A stretch of DNA of 64,000 bases, taken from contig NZ_JAQNDL010000002.1 of NCBI RefSeq assembly GCF_028368995.1, positions 1,856,001-1,920,000 on the forward strand. Direction: 5' to 3'. The notes under the pieces were generated by a model. The model made no database searches and was not told where the DNA came from. It worked only from the letters and a program-made list of their open reading frames with translations. The translations under genes were made by a program, and so were the position numbers. Shown here one piece after another: positions 1-10,289 of this stretch (position 1 is its first letter; each line of letters opens with the position of its first letter). The DNA is from Nannocystis bainbridge. Lineage in GTDB: Bacteria > Myxococcota_A > Polyangia > Nannocystales > Nannocystaceae.

Positions 1-615
1 ATCGGCGAAAACCACGCCCTCGTCGACCTCACCGGCCTGCCTGACGACCTTCAGCTCGGCGTCGATCGCCTCGGCCTCAGCTTCATCATCGCCGGCAACC
101 AGGGCCTCGAGCGCCTCACCGGCTACCCCGCCGGCCTCGCCGCCTTGCCCGGCGGCCTCGCCGTGCTGCAGAACCACGGCCTGCCCGACCTCACCGGCCT
201 CGAGTTGCTGCGCCACGTCGTCGGTGACCTCATCCTCGGCCGCCGCCGCATCGCCGAGCTCGAGCTCCCCTGCACCGACCCCGAGGCGCTCGGCGGCAAC
301 GAAGGCATGCAGACCCTGAGCGGCCTGTCCGCGCTCGAGCGCGTCGACGGCAACCTCGCGATCGCCTGCAACCCCGCGCTCGTGGCCCTCGATGCCTTCG
401 CCTCCCTGCAGTCCACCGGCGGCAGCCTCACCCTGCGTCAGAACCCCGCCCTCGCCGACATCACCGGCCTCGGCGGCGCTGCTGGATCCCTGACCCACGT
501 CGGCGGCGTATACGAGCTCGAGTGCAGCCCGCTCGTCGACCCCGAGGCCGCCGTCGCGGTGCTCGACAAGGTCGACGCCCCGGTCCCCACCGTGCTCGAC
601 CTCGCGTGCCCGTGA
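1..615 (+). CDS. 5'-truncated receptor L-domain / leucine-rich repeat-like protein
   Basis: Frame is open from base 1 to TGA at 613-615. Repeats of the type N-x-x-L-x-x-L-x-G-L (NHGLPDLTGLELL, NEGMQTLSGLSAL, NPALADITGL) resemble myxobacterial L-domain proteins. Confidence 0.7.
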   Translation: MGENHALVDLTGLPDDLQLGVDRLGLSFIIAGNQGLERLTGYPAGLAALPGGLAVLQNHGLPDLTGLELLRHVVGDLILGRRRIAELELPCTDPEALGGNEGMQTLSGLSALERVDGNLAIACNPALVALDAFASLQSTGGSLTLRQNPALADITGLGGAAGSLTHVGGVYELECSPLVDPEAAVAVLDKVDAPVPTVLDLACP

Positions 616-746
616 CGCCACGCGTACGAGCCCTTGGGTACTCGTGACGCACCGCGCGTACGGACCCTCGCGGGCCCGTGACACCCCGCCTATGAGCCCC
701 GCAAGCCCGTGACGCACCGGCGTACGAGTCCCACGTCACACGGGCC
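611..746. repeat. Degenerate tandem repeat of about 32-34 bp, 4 copies, between convergent genes
   Basis: CGTGAC(G/A)C starts at 611, 643, 677 and 708, each followed by a GCGTACGAG-like segment. Confidence 0.6.
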
Positions 747-1601
747 TCAGCCGCGCAGCCCCGCCCACGCGCCCGCCCACGCGCGCACCTCGAACGTCAC
801 CGCCCATGACGCATCGCCCTTGCCCCACGCCGTCAGCAGCACTCGTCGCCGGTGCCGCGACACGCTCACCCGCGGCTGCTCCCCGTTCTGCCACCGCAGC
901 GGCGAACTAGTCTCGGCCCACGGCTTCTCGCACAGCACCACCAGGCGCACCAGCTGACACCACGGCAGCGGCACCACCAGCTGCGCCCCCGCCGGTAGCT
1001 GCGGCGACGTGATCGTAATCGCCGGATCGTCCACCCCGCCGCCGCAGTCGAGCGCGACCTCGTTCAGCCGCGTCGCATCGTCCCACGTCGTCGTGTCGTG
1101 GTGCCACGCGCCCCGACCCCCCGGATCGTACCCCGTTCGCGCGACCGGCCCGGCCACCCGCGCGCGCAACCCCGTAAGCCGCTCCGCGAGCCGCTGCAGC
1201 GGCGCCGCGTCGACCGCCTCCTCGCGCACCGCCGAAGCGTGCAGCGAGAACCAGTACGGCCCGATGCAGTCGCGGTAGCCGAGCCCGATCTCGTGGCCGC
1301 ACGCGCACACCAGGTTGGGCAGCTCCGGCCCGTAGTGGGCCAGCCCGCAGCAGCCGATCGTGCGCGCCCCGTCGGCGTGGATCCGCAGCCACTTCATCGA
1401 CGGCGCGAGCAGCCACGGATAGCTCGCCGGCTCGGTCAGGAGCGACCCGCGGAGCAGCGGGCTGTCGCGGCGCACGAACCACCGCGACGGCAGCGACCAC
1501 GTGTGGCTCATGTGGAGGTTCAGCGCATCCGCCAGCTCGAGCTCGCGCAGCCACGACGTGAGCGCCGCGCCGCAACGAGGACACCGAAACCGCGAGCGCA
1601 T
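747..1601 (-). CDS. Hypothetical Cys-rich, probably zinc-binding protein
   Basis: ORF 747..1610 with ATG at 1601 (MRSRFRCPRCG). Further Cys motifs GCCG, CACG and DC. Confidence 0.65.
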   Translation of the reverse strand: MRSRFRCPRCGAALTSWLRELELADALNLHMSHTWSLPSRWFVRRDSPLLRGSLLTEPASYPWLLAPSMKWLRIHADGARTIGCCGLAHYGPELPNLVCACGHEIGLGYRDCIGPYWFSLHASAVREEAVDAAPLQRLAERLTGLRARVAGPVARTGYDPGGRGAWHHDTTTWDDATRLNEVALDCGGGVDDPAITITSPQLPAGAQLVVPLPWCQLVRLVVLCEKPWAETSSPLRWQNGEQPRVSVSRHRRRVLLTAWGKGDASWAVTFEVRAWAGAWAGLRG

Positions 1602-1675
1602 CGCCGCCACCCCGCCAACTTACCGCGAACCCGCGAGGCCCGGCGCACGCCCTGCGATGCCTCGCTCCTTCGCTG

Positions 1676-1735
1676 CCGCGCGACCCCTCGACTCCGCGCG
1701 CTCCCTCGACTCCGCGCGACCCCTCGACTCCGCGC
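1676..1735. repeat. 18-bp tandem repeat, about 3 copies
   Basis: Unit (C)GCGCGACCCCTCGACTC repeated with small changes in the divergent intergenic region. Confidence 0.6.
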
Positions 1736-1838
1736 ACCCCCGACCCGCACCCGATAGCGACCGCTCGCAACCTCCGGCACCTCTCGCAGGCCCGGGCACC
1801 GCGTTGTCTCGGCCTCGGCGCGGCGATAGGCTGCGACG

Positions 1839-2396
1839 GTGAGCGGACCTATCTATGAAACGCTGCTCGAATTCAGCCGCACCCTCCGCGACGATCACCT
1901 CGACGAAGATCTTTCACGCATCGAGCTGCCCAACAACCGCGTGCTCGACACCCAGGTAATTCACGCCCGCGGCAAGCTCGACGGCCGCCCCGTCGTCGTC
2001 TCCTACCACTCGCACTGGATCGTCGGCTCCACCTATCGACCGCATATCCTCGAGGTCTTCGTCACCGGCAACCACCTCAAGACCGAAGCCGAGTGCCGCG
2101 CCCGCAGCTTCCTCGACGACGTGCTGCGGTGGTTCGGCGGAGGCGGCCTGCGCGGCCCCGACCCGATCTTCACCGAACGACGGATCGACGCCGCCAGGGA
2201 CGCCGACCTCACCGACCTCGACCGCCCCGAGTTCACCGCCCGCCTCGCCAACCTCAGCGGCCTCGTCTACTGCCACAAGGTCCAGATCCAGGCCGGCACC
2301 GGCATCAACGCCTGGTTCCACGCCCTCCCGTTCCAGCGCTCGCTGCCCCAGCTCCAAGCCCTCGTCCGCACCGTCGCCGACCTCGCATCCACATGA
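1839..2396 (+). CDS. Hypothetical protein (185 aa)
   Basis: GTG-start ORF with globular composition and GC-rich third positions; no family recognised. Confidence 0.65.
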   Translation: MSGPIYETLLEFSRTLRDDHLDEDLSRIELPNNRVLDTQVIHARGKLDGRPVVVSYHSHWIVGSTYRPHILEVFVTGNHLKTEAECRARSFLDDVLRWFGGGGLRGPDPIFTERRIDAARDADLTDLDRPEFTARLANLSGLVYCHKVQIQAGTGINAWFHALPFQRSLPQLQALVRTVADLAST

Positions 2397-2482
2397 CCGT
2401 ATCGACATGCTCTCGGAGACATTTTCGATAGGACATGTCCTATAGGACATTGTCCACACAACATGTCCTATCCGACACTCGA
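2389..2482. repeat. 14-bp-period array of the TGTCC-N4-GGACA palindrome (array 1)
   Basis: Junction tetramers (CATG or a variant) at 2392, 2406, 2420, 2434, 2448, 2462 and 2476. Perfect unit TGTCCTATAGGACA at 2436-2449. Confidence 0.85.
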
Positions 2483-2805
2483 TCGCGTCCCGAGCAACGT
2501 CTTCCACGCTGCCTAACTCACCCGAACCCAAGTCAGCGCATCGCATAGCGTCGCGTCTGCACCGAGCCGCGCCGCACATGTCCTATCCGACACTCGATCG
2601 CGTCCCGAGCAACGTCTTCCCACGCTGCCTGACTCATCCGAACCCAAGTCAGCGCATCGCATCGCATCGCATCACGTCTGGCCCGAGCCGCGCCGCACAT
2701 GTCCTATCCGACACTCGATCGCGTCCGAGTAACGCCCCCCTACGCCGCCTGACTCACCCGTACCAAGCCAGCGCCTCGCCTCGCATCTGCACCAAGCCGC
2801 GCCTC
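2461..2805. repeat. Tandem repeat of about 115-121 bp, 3 copies
   Basis: ACATGTCCTATCCGACACTCGATCGCGTCC starts at 2461, 2576 and 2697, with conserved downstream sequence (CTGACTCA..CCG, CCAAG..AGCGC, GCCGCGCC). Confidence 0.85.
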
Positions 2806-2816
2806 GCAAGCTCCCC

Positions 2817-2972
2817 ATATCGCCTCGGGCCTCGGCTAAAGCTCGCTGCGTAAGCTTTCCCTTCGTATCGCCTCGGGCCTCGGCGAAGGCTCGCCGGTCC
2901 CTTCGTATCGCCTCGAGCCCCGGCCGAGCCTCAAGCTCCCCCGCATCGCCGCGAGCCTCCGCGAAGAATCGC
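2817..2972. repeat. Degenerate tandem repeat of about 40 bp, 4 copies
   Basis: An (T/C)ATCGCC(T/G)CG(G/A)GCC core recurs near 2818, 2866, 2906 and 2944. Confidence 0.6.
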
Positions 2973-3181
2973 CGCGCAACGAGCCACGCCGTTATCGTCG
3001 CGAGAAAGCGCCCGTTCGGCGGCCAGCCCTGGCCGTCGAACGGGCGCCGACGCTCTCTCCCAGGAGACACCCCGCATCGAAGCCCACGACGGCGAGGCTG
3101 CCTCTCACGGCTGCAGCCGTGCCTGGGGGTCCGGGGAAGGGTCGACCACAGCCCCCCCGAAGGACATGTCCCCACCTCCAT

Positions 3182-6100
3182 CTAGAACGGCTGCAAGAAC
3201 GTCAAATTCACCCCGACCCGCGGCAGCTGAAACTCCCCCGGCGCCACCCCTTGATACTCTGCCAGATAATCCGGCAGCACCTCATCGAGGCACGTCGAGC
3301 GTCGGCGGACCAGCGGCACCGCCACATCGAACCGGATGAACTGCGGCGTCACCCCCAGCAGCTGCAGGAAGGCCGTCACCCCGTAGCCGACCTGCCCGTA
3401 CCAGCTCTCCTTCCCGAACCACCCGCGCAGCGTATCGCACGGCGACACCGAAGCCGCCCCTGTGAACAGCGTCCCCCCGATCCCTCGCAGCCAGAACAGG
3501 TGGACCAGGTTCACATTGAAGTTCGACCAGAACATGTGCCGGTACTCGAGCTGCGCCAGCGCCACCCCGCGGCCGAACAGCTCGTTCCCCCCGTACGCTC
3601 CGAGCCCGTCGACCCCGCCCGCGCGCACCAGGCTGCGGAACTCCGGCCGGCCCATCAGCGGCACCATCATCGTCAGCTCGACCCGGCTCGCCAGCGTGTG
3701 TTGGTGTGCCAGCGGCCAGATGTGCACCCACGACGCCGACGCCGTCAGCCCGTGCCGGTGATCCGGCGCTGGCACCCCCGTGCGCAGCGTCTCCTGCGCG
3801 TACAGCCCGAACGCCAGCCGGTGCCCGCGATCGGGCCACAGGCTGAACTTGCGCGTATCGTCGATGATCGCCAGCGACTGGGCGAACCGCACCCCGCCGA
3901 CCCCGTCGAGCCCGCGCGCTGTCAGCGAGTGGACCTCGCCGAACATGCGCACCCGCCCGCGCCGGCGCCGGCGGTTGACCTTGTCGCCGAACCACACCGT
4001 CGCCCCGCCGCCGATCGCCGCCGCCGACTCGCGGTCGCGGTGCAGCTGCAGGTGGCCGATCGATCCGAGGTCGCGGCGCCGGCTCATCTCGAACAGCACC
4101 CGCCCTGACAGCGCCTGCAGCCGCGCCGCCGGCGTCTGCCCCGCCAGGAACTCCGACGCCGACACCTCGAAGCCGAACCCCGTGTAGACGAAGCGGAAGC
4201 TCGTCGGCGAGCGATTGTTGTAGAGCGGGTCGACGTTGCGCCGCGGCCCCTGCGGCTCCTCGAGCAGGCGCGTGCGCGGGTCGACCATCACCGAGCGCAG
4301 CTTGTGCTGCGTCTCGAGCGTGAACACATGGTCGATCGTACCTGACCCCGGGGACACCTCGTGATTGTTCCCCGACCCCAGCGACCCGTTCCACACCAGA
4401 TAGTGGCGCTGCCCGCCGCGCTCGGTCGCCAGCACCTGCACCGGCTCGACCGCCGCGTGCTCGCCTTCTCGCCGGATCGTGATCGTGTGCTGCCAGCGGC
4501 CGTCATCGAGCGGCACGCTGTCGACCTTCGCCACCGAGTAATCGACCGCCGGATAGGCCGCCAGCCACTGGTCGAAGAACCACCCGAGCGAGCGCCCGTA
4601 GGCCGCCTCGGCCGCGGCCACCGGGTCGCCGGTGCGGTCGCGCGCGACCCTGTCGTAGAACGCCTCGCGCTGGCCCGGCGTCAGCAGGTCGACCATCTTC
4701 TCGTGGATCCGGCGCCCGGTCGGCAGCGGGTGCGAGAAGAACAGCGGGTGCAGGCGCAGCGGCATGACGTCCTCGCTGCCGCGGAAGTAGCTCTGGGCGA
4801 ACGCCGCCTGGCCGGTGTAGAGGAAGTTGTCGACCATCGGCACGAACGTGATGCGCCGCAGGATGTCGCTGGCGAACTCGTCGCCCTGGGCCCGGCGGGC
4901 CCGCCACACGTCGAGCAGCGCCGTCGCCACCGCGTCGTAGAGCCACAGGTCGGTCGACGGATCGTGGCGACCCACATAGGCCCCGTACATGATCTCGTCG
5001 AGCATCGCCCGGGCCGCCGCCGCCTGATGAAAGCCCTGGAACCGCCGGCCCGGCGACACCTGGGCGAACTGATCGCTGACCAGCACCGCCGACGGGTGCG
5101 CCTGGGCGATCTCGGCCCGCAGCGGCCCCTGCACCACCGTCAGGCGGCTGTCGGGCGGCGGCTCCAGGCCGGCGATCGTGGCCACGTCGATCGCCTCGCG
5201 GGCGATCCGCAGCATGTGACCCGGCACGTCGCGATAAAGCTGCAACCAGCGCTCGTCGGGCACCTGATCGCCCGGGCGCCAGAACATGTGGAGCACCTCG
5301 ATCCGCACCCCGCGGTGGGTCTCGTGGGCCCGCTTCCACCGCGGGCCCCAGAACACCTCGGGGTACGCGACCTCGTCCGCCCCGACCGCCCCGCTGACGA
5401 CCACCACCTCGTCGCGCCCCAGCGCCTTGGCCTCGCTGGCCGTCGGGACATGTCCTGGAGACCATGTCGGAACCGCGGCGAACCGCGCGTCGACCGTCCA
5501 GCGCGCCGGCGTCACGATCCGCGCGTCGGGGTCGAGGCGCGCGCCGCCGCGGGCCGGCGCGCTCGGCAGCGGCGCCACCGCCCCGCTCAGGCTGCAGCGC
5601 CGGCGCGAGCAGCCGAACGGCCAGTAGCGGCGCGGCACCTCGACCGTGTACGCCAGCGTCAGCGTGTCTGTCCCTTCGGACATGGTCACCTCGACGTCGC
5701 GGCGCGCGTGGATCTGGCGGACCCGCGCCGCGCCGGTGTGCTCGCCGACCGTCAGCCGCCCGCGGTGGAACGGCCCGTCGAGGTAGTTCGCCTTGGCCAC
5801 CTCGTCGAGCTCGTTCGGCTCGCGCCCCAGCGCCTCGGCGAAGTTCAGCAGCACCAGCGTCTCGCCGGCGCGGGCCGGTCGGCTCAGCGTGTAGGTCGCC
5901 TCGCCGACGGCCGCCCCGCCTGCTCGCGGCACTCGCTTGCCGTCGGGCAGCCGCTCACCGCCTCGCACGACCTCGAGGCGGACCGCCACCGCCGTCACCG
6001 CGAGCGCGTCACTCGTCGGCGCCAGGTCCGTCGCCGGTCCGGTCGGCGGTTCCGCGTGAGCTTGCAGCGGCGAAAGGCCCGACGGATCTGAAGCGGCCTC

Positions 6101-6355
6101 GATCGGCTCGTCGCGCGGCACCAGGACCGGCGACGTCCGGACCGCCCACGGACTCGCCGTGACGCCCGGAGTCGCCGTCGCGACCGCGAGTCCGACCAAC
6201 CACGGCGCGAGCAGCCCACTGGACAACCGCGCTCTTCTGGGGCCAGCCACAGCCGGCTTGAGAGTGCCCGACCTCTCCCCACCGCACCAGGGCCAGCCGC
6301 TCACCCGGCGTTCGGCGCGGGTTTGCCCACCGTTTCCCGCCACGAGCTTGCCCAC
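3182..6355 (-). CDS. Secreted M1-aminopeptidase-like protein (zinc motif degenerate) fused to a C-terminal Omp85/BamA-TamA-like beta-barrel; start uncertain
   Basis: Signal-like segment LLAPWLVGLAVATA. M1-like elements (SLGWFFDQWL, PAVDYSV, VMVDP). Barrel features: VDGLGAY (VRGY-like), LEYRH, IRFDVAVP and terminal Phe (VNLTFLQPF). Confidence 0.7.
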   Translation of the reverse strand: MGKLVAGNGGQTRAERRVSGWPWCGGERSGTLKPAVAGPRRARLSSGLLAPWLVGLAVATATPGVTASPWAVRTSPVLVPRDEPIEAASDPSGLSPLQAHAEPPTGPATDLAPTSDALAVTAVAVRLEVVRGGERLPDGKRVPRAGGAAVGEATYTLSRPARAGETLVLLNFAEALGREPNELDEVAKANYLDGPFHRGRLTVGEHTGAARVRQIHARRDVEVTMSEGTDTLTLAYTVEVPRRYWPFGCSRRRCSLSGAVAPLPSAPARGGARLDPDARIVTPARWTVDARFAAVPTWSPGHVPTASEAKALGRDEVVVVSGAVGADEVAYPEVFWGPRWKRAHETHRGVRIEVLHMFWRPGDQVPDERWLQLYRDVPGHMLRIAREAIDVATIAGLEPPPDSRLTVVQGPLRAEIAQAHPSAVLVSDQFAQVSPGRRFQGFHQAAAARAMLDEIMYGAYVGRHDPSTDLWLYDAVATALLDVWRARRAQGDEFASDILRRITFVPMVDNFLYTGQAAFAQSYFRGSEDVMPLRLHPLFFSHPLPTGRRIHEKMVDLLTPGQREAFYDRVARDRTGDPVAAAEAAYGRSLGWFFDQWLAAYPAVDYSVAKVDSVPLDDGRWQHTITIRREGEHAAVEPVQVLATERGGQRHYLVWNGSLGSGNNHEVSPGSGTIDHVFTLETQHKLRSVMVDPRTRLLEEPQGPRRNVDPLYNNRSPTSFRFVYTGFGFEVSASEFLAGQTPAARLQALSGRVLFEMSRRRDLGSIGHLQLHRDRESAAAIGGGATVWFGDKVNRRRRRGRVRMFGEVHSLTARGLDGVGGVRFAQSLAIIDDTRKFSLWPDRGHRLAFGLYAQETLRTGVPAPDHRHGLTASASWVHIWPLAHQHTLASRVELTMMVPLMGRPEFRSLVRAGGVDGLGAYGGNELFGRGVALAQLEYRHMFWSNFNVNLVHLFWLRGIGGTLFTGAASVSPCDTLRGWFGKESWYGQVGYGVTAFLQLLGVTPQFIRFDVAVPLVRRRSTCLDEVLPDYLAEYQGVAPGEFQLPRVGVNLTFLQPF

Positions 6356-6464
6356 CGGGCAGGCCGGGCTCTACAGTCGTCGTGGCGGGTCCCCGCCGGA
6401 GCTTTTAGCCATGACTTCGCTTTCTCGATGGTTCCGCGGCGCGCGCGCCCCAGGTTCGAACGGT

Positions 6465-8747
6465 ATGACGGCACAGGCTCGACCGCTGCCGGTCAGCGAG
6501 TGGCTCCGCGGCTTCACCCTCGGCCTCCTGGTCGCCGTCGGCTGCGGCCGCAGCGACTACCTCGGCCCCTGTGCCAGCGACGCCGACTGCGGCACCGGCT
6601 ACATCTGCGCCGCCGACGGCGTGTGCATCGAGGTCGGCGGCGAGTGCATCGTCGACGCCGACTGTCCTGACGGCGAGAAGTGCCTCAACTACGAGTGCGT
6701 CGGCCCGCAGGTGTGCGACGACAACCTCGAGTGCCCCCCGGGCACGATCTGCGTGATCCCCGAGGGCGAGGACATGGGCGTGTGCCAGGGCCCGCCGCCG
6801 ACCTGCCCGCCCTGCCCGGTCGGCACCGAGTGCGACGACAACGGCCAGTGCGTCCCGGTCGACCCGCCCGTCTGCCAAAACGACTTCGAGTGCCCCCAGG
6901 GCCAGATCTGCGTCGACGGCACCTGCACCGACCCCGGCGAGTGCGAGTTCGACTTCGAGTGCCCGTTCGAGCAGCAGTGCGTCGAGGGCCAGTGCGTCCC
7001 GGTCGGCTGCGACTTCTGCCAGTGCGAGAACGACTTCGACTGCCCGTTCGGCCAGGTCTGCGTCGACAACTTCTGCCAGCCGGAGTGCTTCAGCGACGAC
7101 CAGTGCCCGTTCGGCGAGGTCTGCCTCGACGGCTCCTGCGTCACCGGCGAGTGCACCATCGACCAGGACTGCCCGCCCAACGAGGTGTGCGAGAACGGCT
7201 TCTGCCAGGGCCAGTTCTGCTTCGACAGCACCGACTGCGACCCCGGCGAGCAGTGCATCGATTTCCAGTGCGTGCCCGGCGGCATGTGCCAGACCGACGC
7301 CGACTGCCCGCAAGGCACCGAGTGTGAGAACGGCGCCTGCGTCCCGATCGCCGGCTGCAACACCGACCTCGACTGCCCGCAGGGCCAGCAGTGCCAGGGC
7401 GGCGTGTGCATCCCCGGCCAGCTGTGCATGAACGACGCCGACTGCCCGCCCGGCGAGCTGTGCGTCGGCGGCGTCTGCTTCTTCCCGCCCGAGTGCATCC
7501 AGGACGCCGACTGCCCGGCAGGCCAGCTGTGCGTCGACGGCGACTGCCAGGATCCGCCGCCGCCGATCTGCATGTCGGACCTCGACTGTCCTCCGGGACA
7601 GGTCTGCAACCTGCAGACCCTGATGTGCGAGCTGTCGCCGCCGCCGCAGTGCATCGACAACGACGACTGCCCCGCCGGCCAGATCTGCGACGCCAACCAG
7701 CAGTGCGTCGACGCTCCGCCCCCGCAGTGCATCGACAACGACGACTGCCCCGCCGGCCAGATCTGCGACGCCAACCAGCAGTGCGTCCCCATCGTCCCCC
7801 AGTGCATCGACAACGACGACTGCCCGGTCGGCCAGATCTGCGACGCCAACCAGCAGTGCGTCCCCATCGTCCCCCAGTGCATCGACAACGACGACTGCCC
7901 CGTCGGCCAGATCTGCGACGCCAACCAGCAGTGCGTCCCCATCGTCCCCCAGTGCATCGACAACGACGACTGCCCCGTCGGCCAGATCTGCGACGCCAAC
8001 CAGCAGTGCGTCCCCATCGTCCCTCAGTGCATCGACAACGACGACTGCCCCGTCGGCCAGATCTGCGACGTCAACCAGCAGTGCGTCCCCATCGTCCCCC
8101 AGTGCATCGACAACGACGACTGCCCGGTCGGCCAGATCTGCGACGCCAACCAGCAGTGCGTCCCCATCGTCCCTCAGTGCATCGACAACGATGACTGCCC
8201 GGTCGGCCAGATCTGCGACGCCAACCAGCAGTGCGTCCCCATCGTCCCTCAGTGCATCGACAACGATGACTGCCCGGTCGGCCAGATCTGCGACGCCAAC
8301 CAGCAGTGCGTCCCCATCGTCCCTCAGTGCATCGACAACGACGACTGCCCGGTCGGCCAGATCTGCGACGCCAACCAGCAGTGCGTCGTCGCCCCGCCCC
8401 CGGTGTGCGTCGGCAACGACGACTGCGTCATCGACGAGGTCTGCATCGCCGGCACCTGCACCTTCATCGGGGACTGCCAGACCGACGTCCACTGCGCGAC
8501 CGGCCAGACCTGCGAGGCGGGCGTGTGCACCGGCCAGCCGCAGTGCACGACCAACGCCGAGTGCGCCGCCAACGAGTTCTGCCTGTTCGGCGAGTGCTTC
8601 GCGCCGAAGATGTGCGTGAAGAACAAGGACTGCGACACTGGCCAGGTCTGCGTGTTCGGCCTGTGCTCCGCCGGGGTCGAGTGCGCCGAGCATGCCGACT
8701 GCCCGGTCGGCCAGGCCTGCTTCGAGGGTCACTGCAACACCCTTTGA
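6465..8747 (+). CDS. Cys-rich repeat lipoprotein with many C-x2-D-x-D-C-P-x-G-x2-C-x3-4-C modules
   Basis: Lipobox LLVAVGC follows the ATG at 6465; the rest of the protein is tandem 4-Cys modules. Confidence 0.85.
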   Translation: MTAQARPLPVSEWLRGFTLGLLVAVGCGRSDYLGPCASDADCGTGYICAADGVCIEVGGECIVDADCPDGEKCLNYECVGPQVCDDNLECPPGTICVIPEGEDMGVCQGPPPTCPPCPVGTECDDNGQCVPVDPPVCQNDFECPQGQICVDGTCTDPGECEFDFECPFEQQCVEGQCVPVGCDFCQCENDFDCPFGQVCVDNFCQPECFSDDQCPFGEVCLDGSCVTGECTIDQDCPPNEVCENGFCQGQFCFDSTDCDPGEQCIDFQCVPGGMCQTDADCPQGTECENGACVPIAGCNTDLDCPQGQQCQGGVCIPGQLCMNDADCPPGELCVGGVCFFPPECIQDADCPAGQLCVDGDCQDPPPPICMSDLDCPPGQVCNLQTLMCELSPPPQCIDNDDCPAGQICDANQQCVDAPPPQCIDNDDCPAGQICDANQQCVPIVPQCIDNDDCPVGQICDANQQCVPIVPQCIDNDDCPVGQICDANQQCVPIVPQCIDNDDCPVGQICDANQQCVPIVPQCIDNDDCPVGQICDVNQQCVPIVPQCIDNDDCPVGQICDANQQCVPIVPQCIDNDDCPVGQICDANQQCVPIVPQCIDNDDCPVGQICDANQQCVPIVPQCIDNDDCPVGQICDANQQCVVAPPPVCVGNDDCVIDEVCIAGTCTFIGDCQTDVHCATGQTCEAGVCTGQPQCTTNAECAANEFCLFGECFAPKMCVKNKDCDTGQVCVFGLCSAGVECAEHADCPVGQACFEGHCNTL
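7645..8388 (+). repeat. Intragenic 75-bp near-identical tandem repeat, 10 copies
   Basis: PQCIDNDDCP(A/V)GQICDANQQCV(PIV) occurs 10 times; copies 2-10 have a 75-bp period (TGCATCGAC at 7728, 7803 ... 8328). Confidence 0.95.
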
Positions 8748-8770
8748 TGGGCCGCTCGCGCCGATGACGA

Positions 8771-8798
8771 GAGCCCGCAGCGCCGTCGCTGCGGGCTC
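8771..8798 (+). terminator. 12-bp GC-rich hairpin downstream of the Cys-rich gene
   Basis: GAGCCCGCAGCG-ccgt-CGCTGCGGGCTC. No U-tract, so a terminator role is uncertain. Confidence 0.45.
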
Positions 8799-8965
8799 GT
8801 GACGTCGGCGCCCCCTGGCGCCCCCTGGCGCTCACGCGCGCGGCCTGACGCGCGAGCCGCCCGATGCGCTTCGTTCCGCGCGCGCGCCCGTTCGTGCCGC
8901 CGACGCGGTCGTTCGTGCCGTGGCCCGCGTCGCGCGGCGCGGCGCGGGGTCTCATCGCCGTGCCC

Positions 8966-10288
<1,323 letters not shown>

Positions 10289-10289
10289 C

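Noticed and set aside
2431-2440. GGACATGTCC matches the eukaryotic p53 half-site RRRCWWGYYY
   Set aside because: The context is bacterial with no p53-like gene seen; treated as coincidence.
2461-2972. Possible CRISPR array
   Set aside because: The sequences between the conserved starts are homologous to each other rather than unique spacers, and there are no cas genes.
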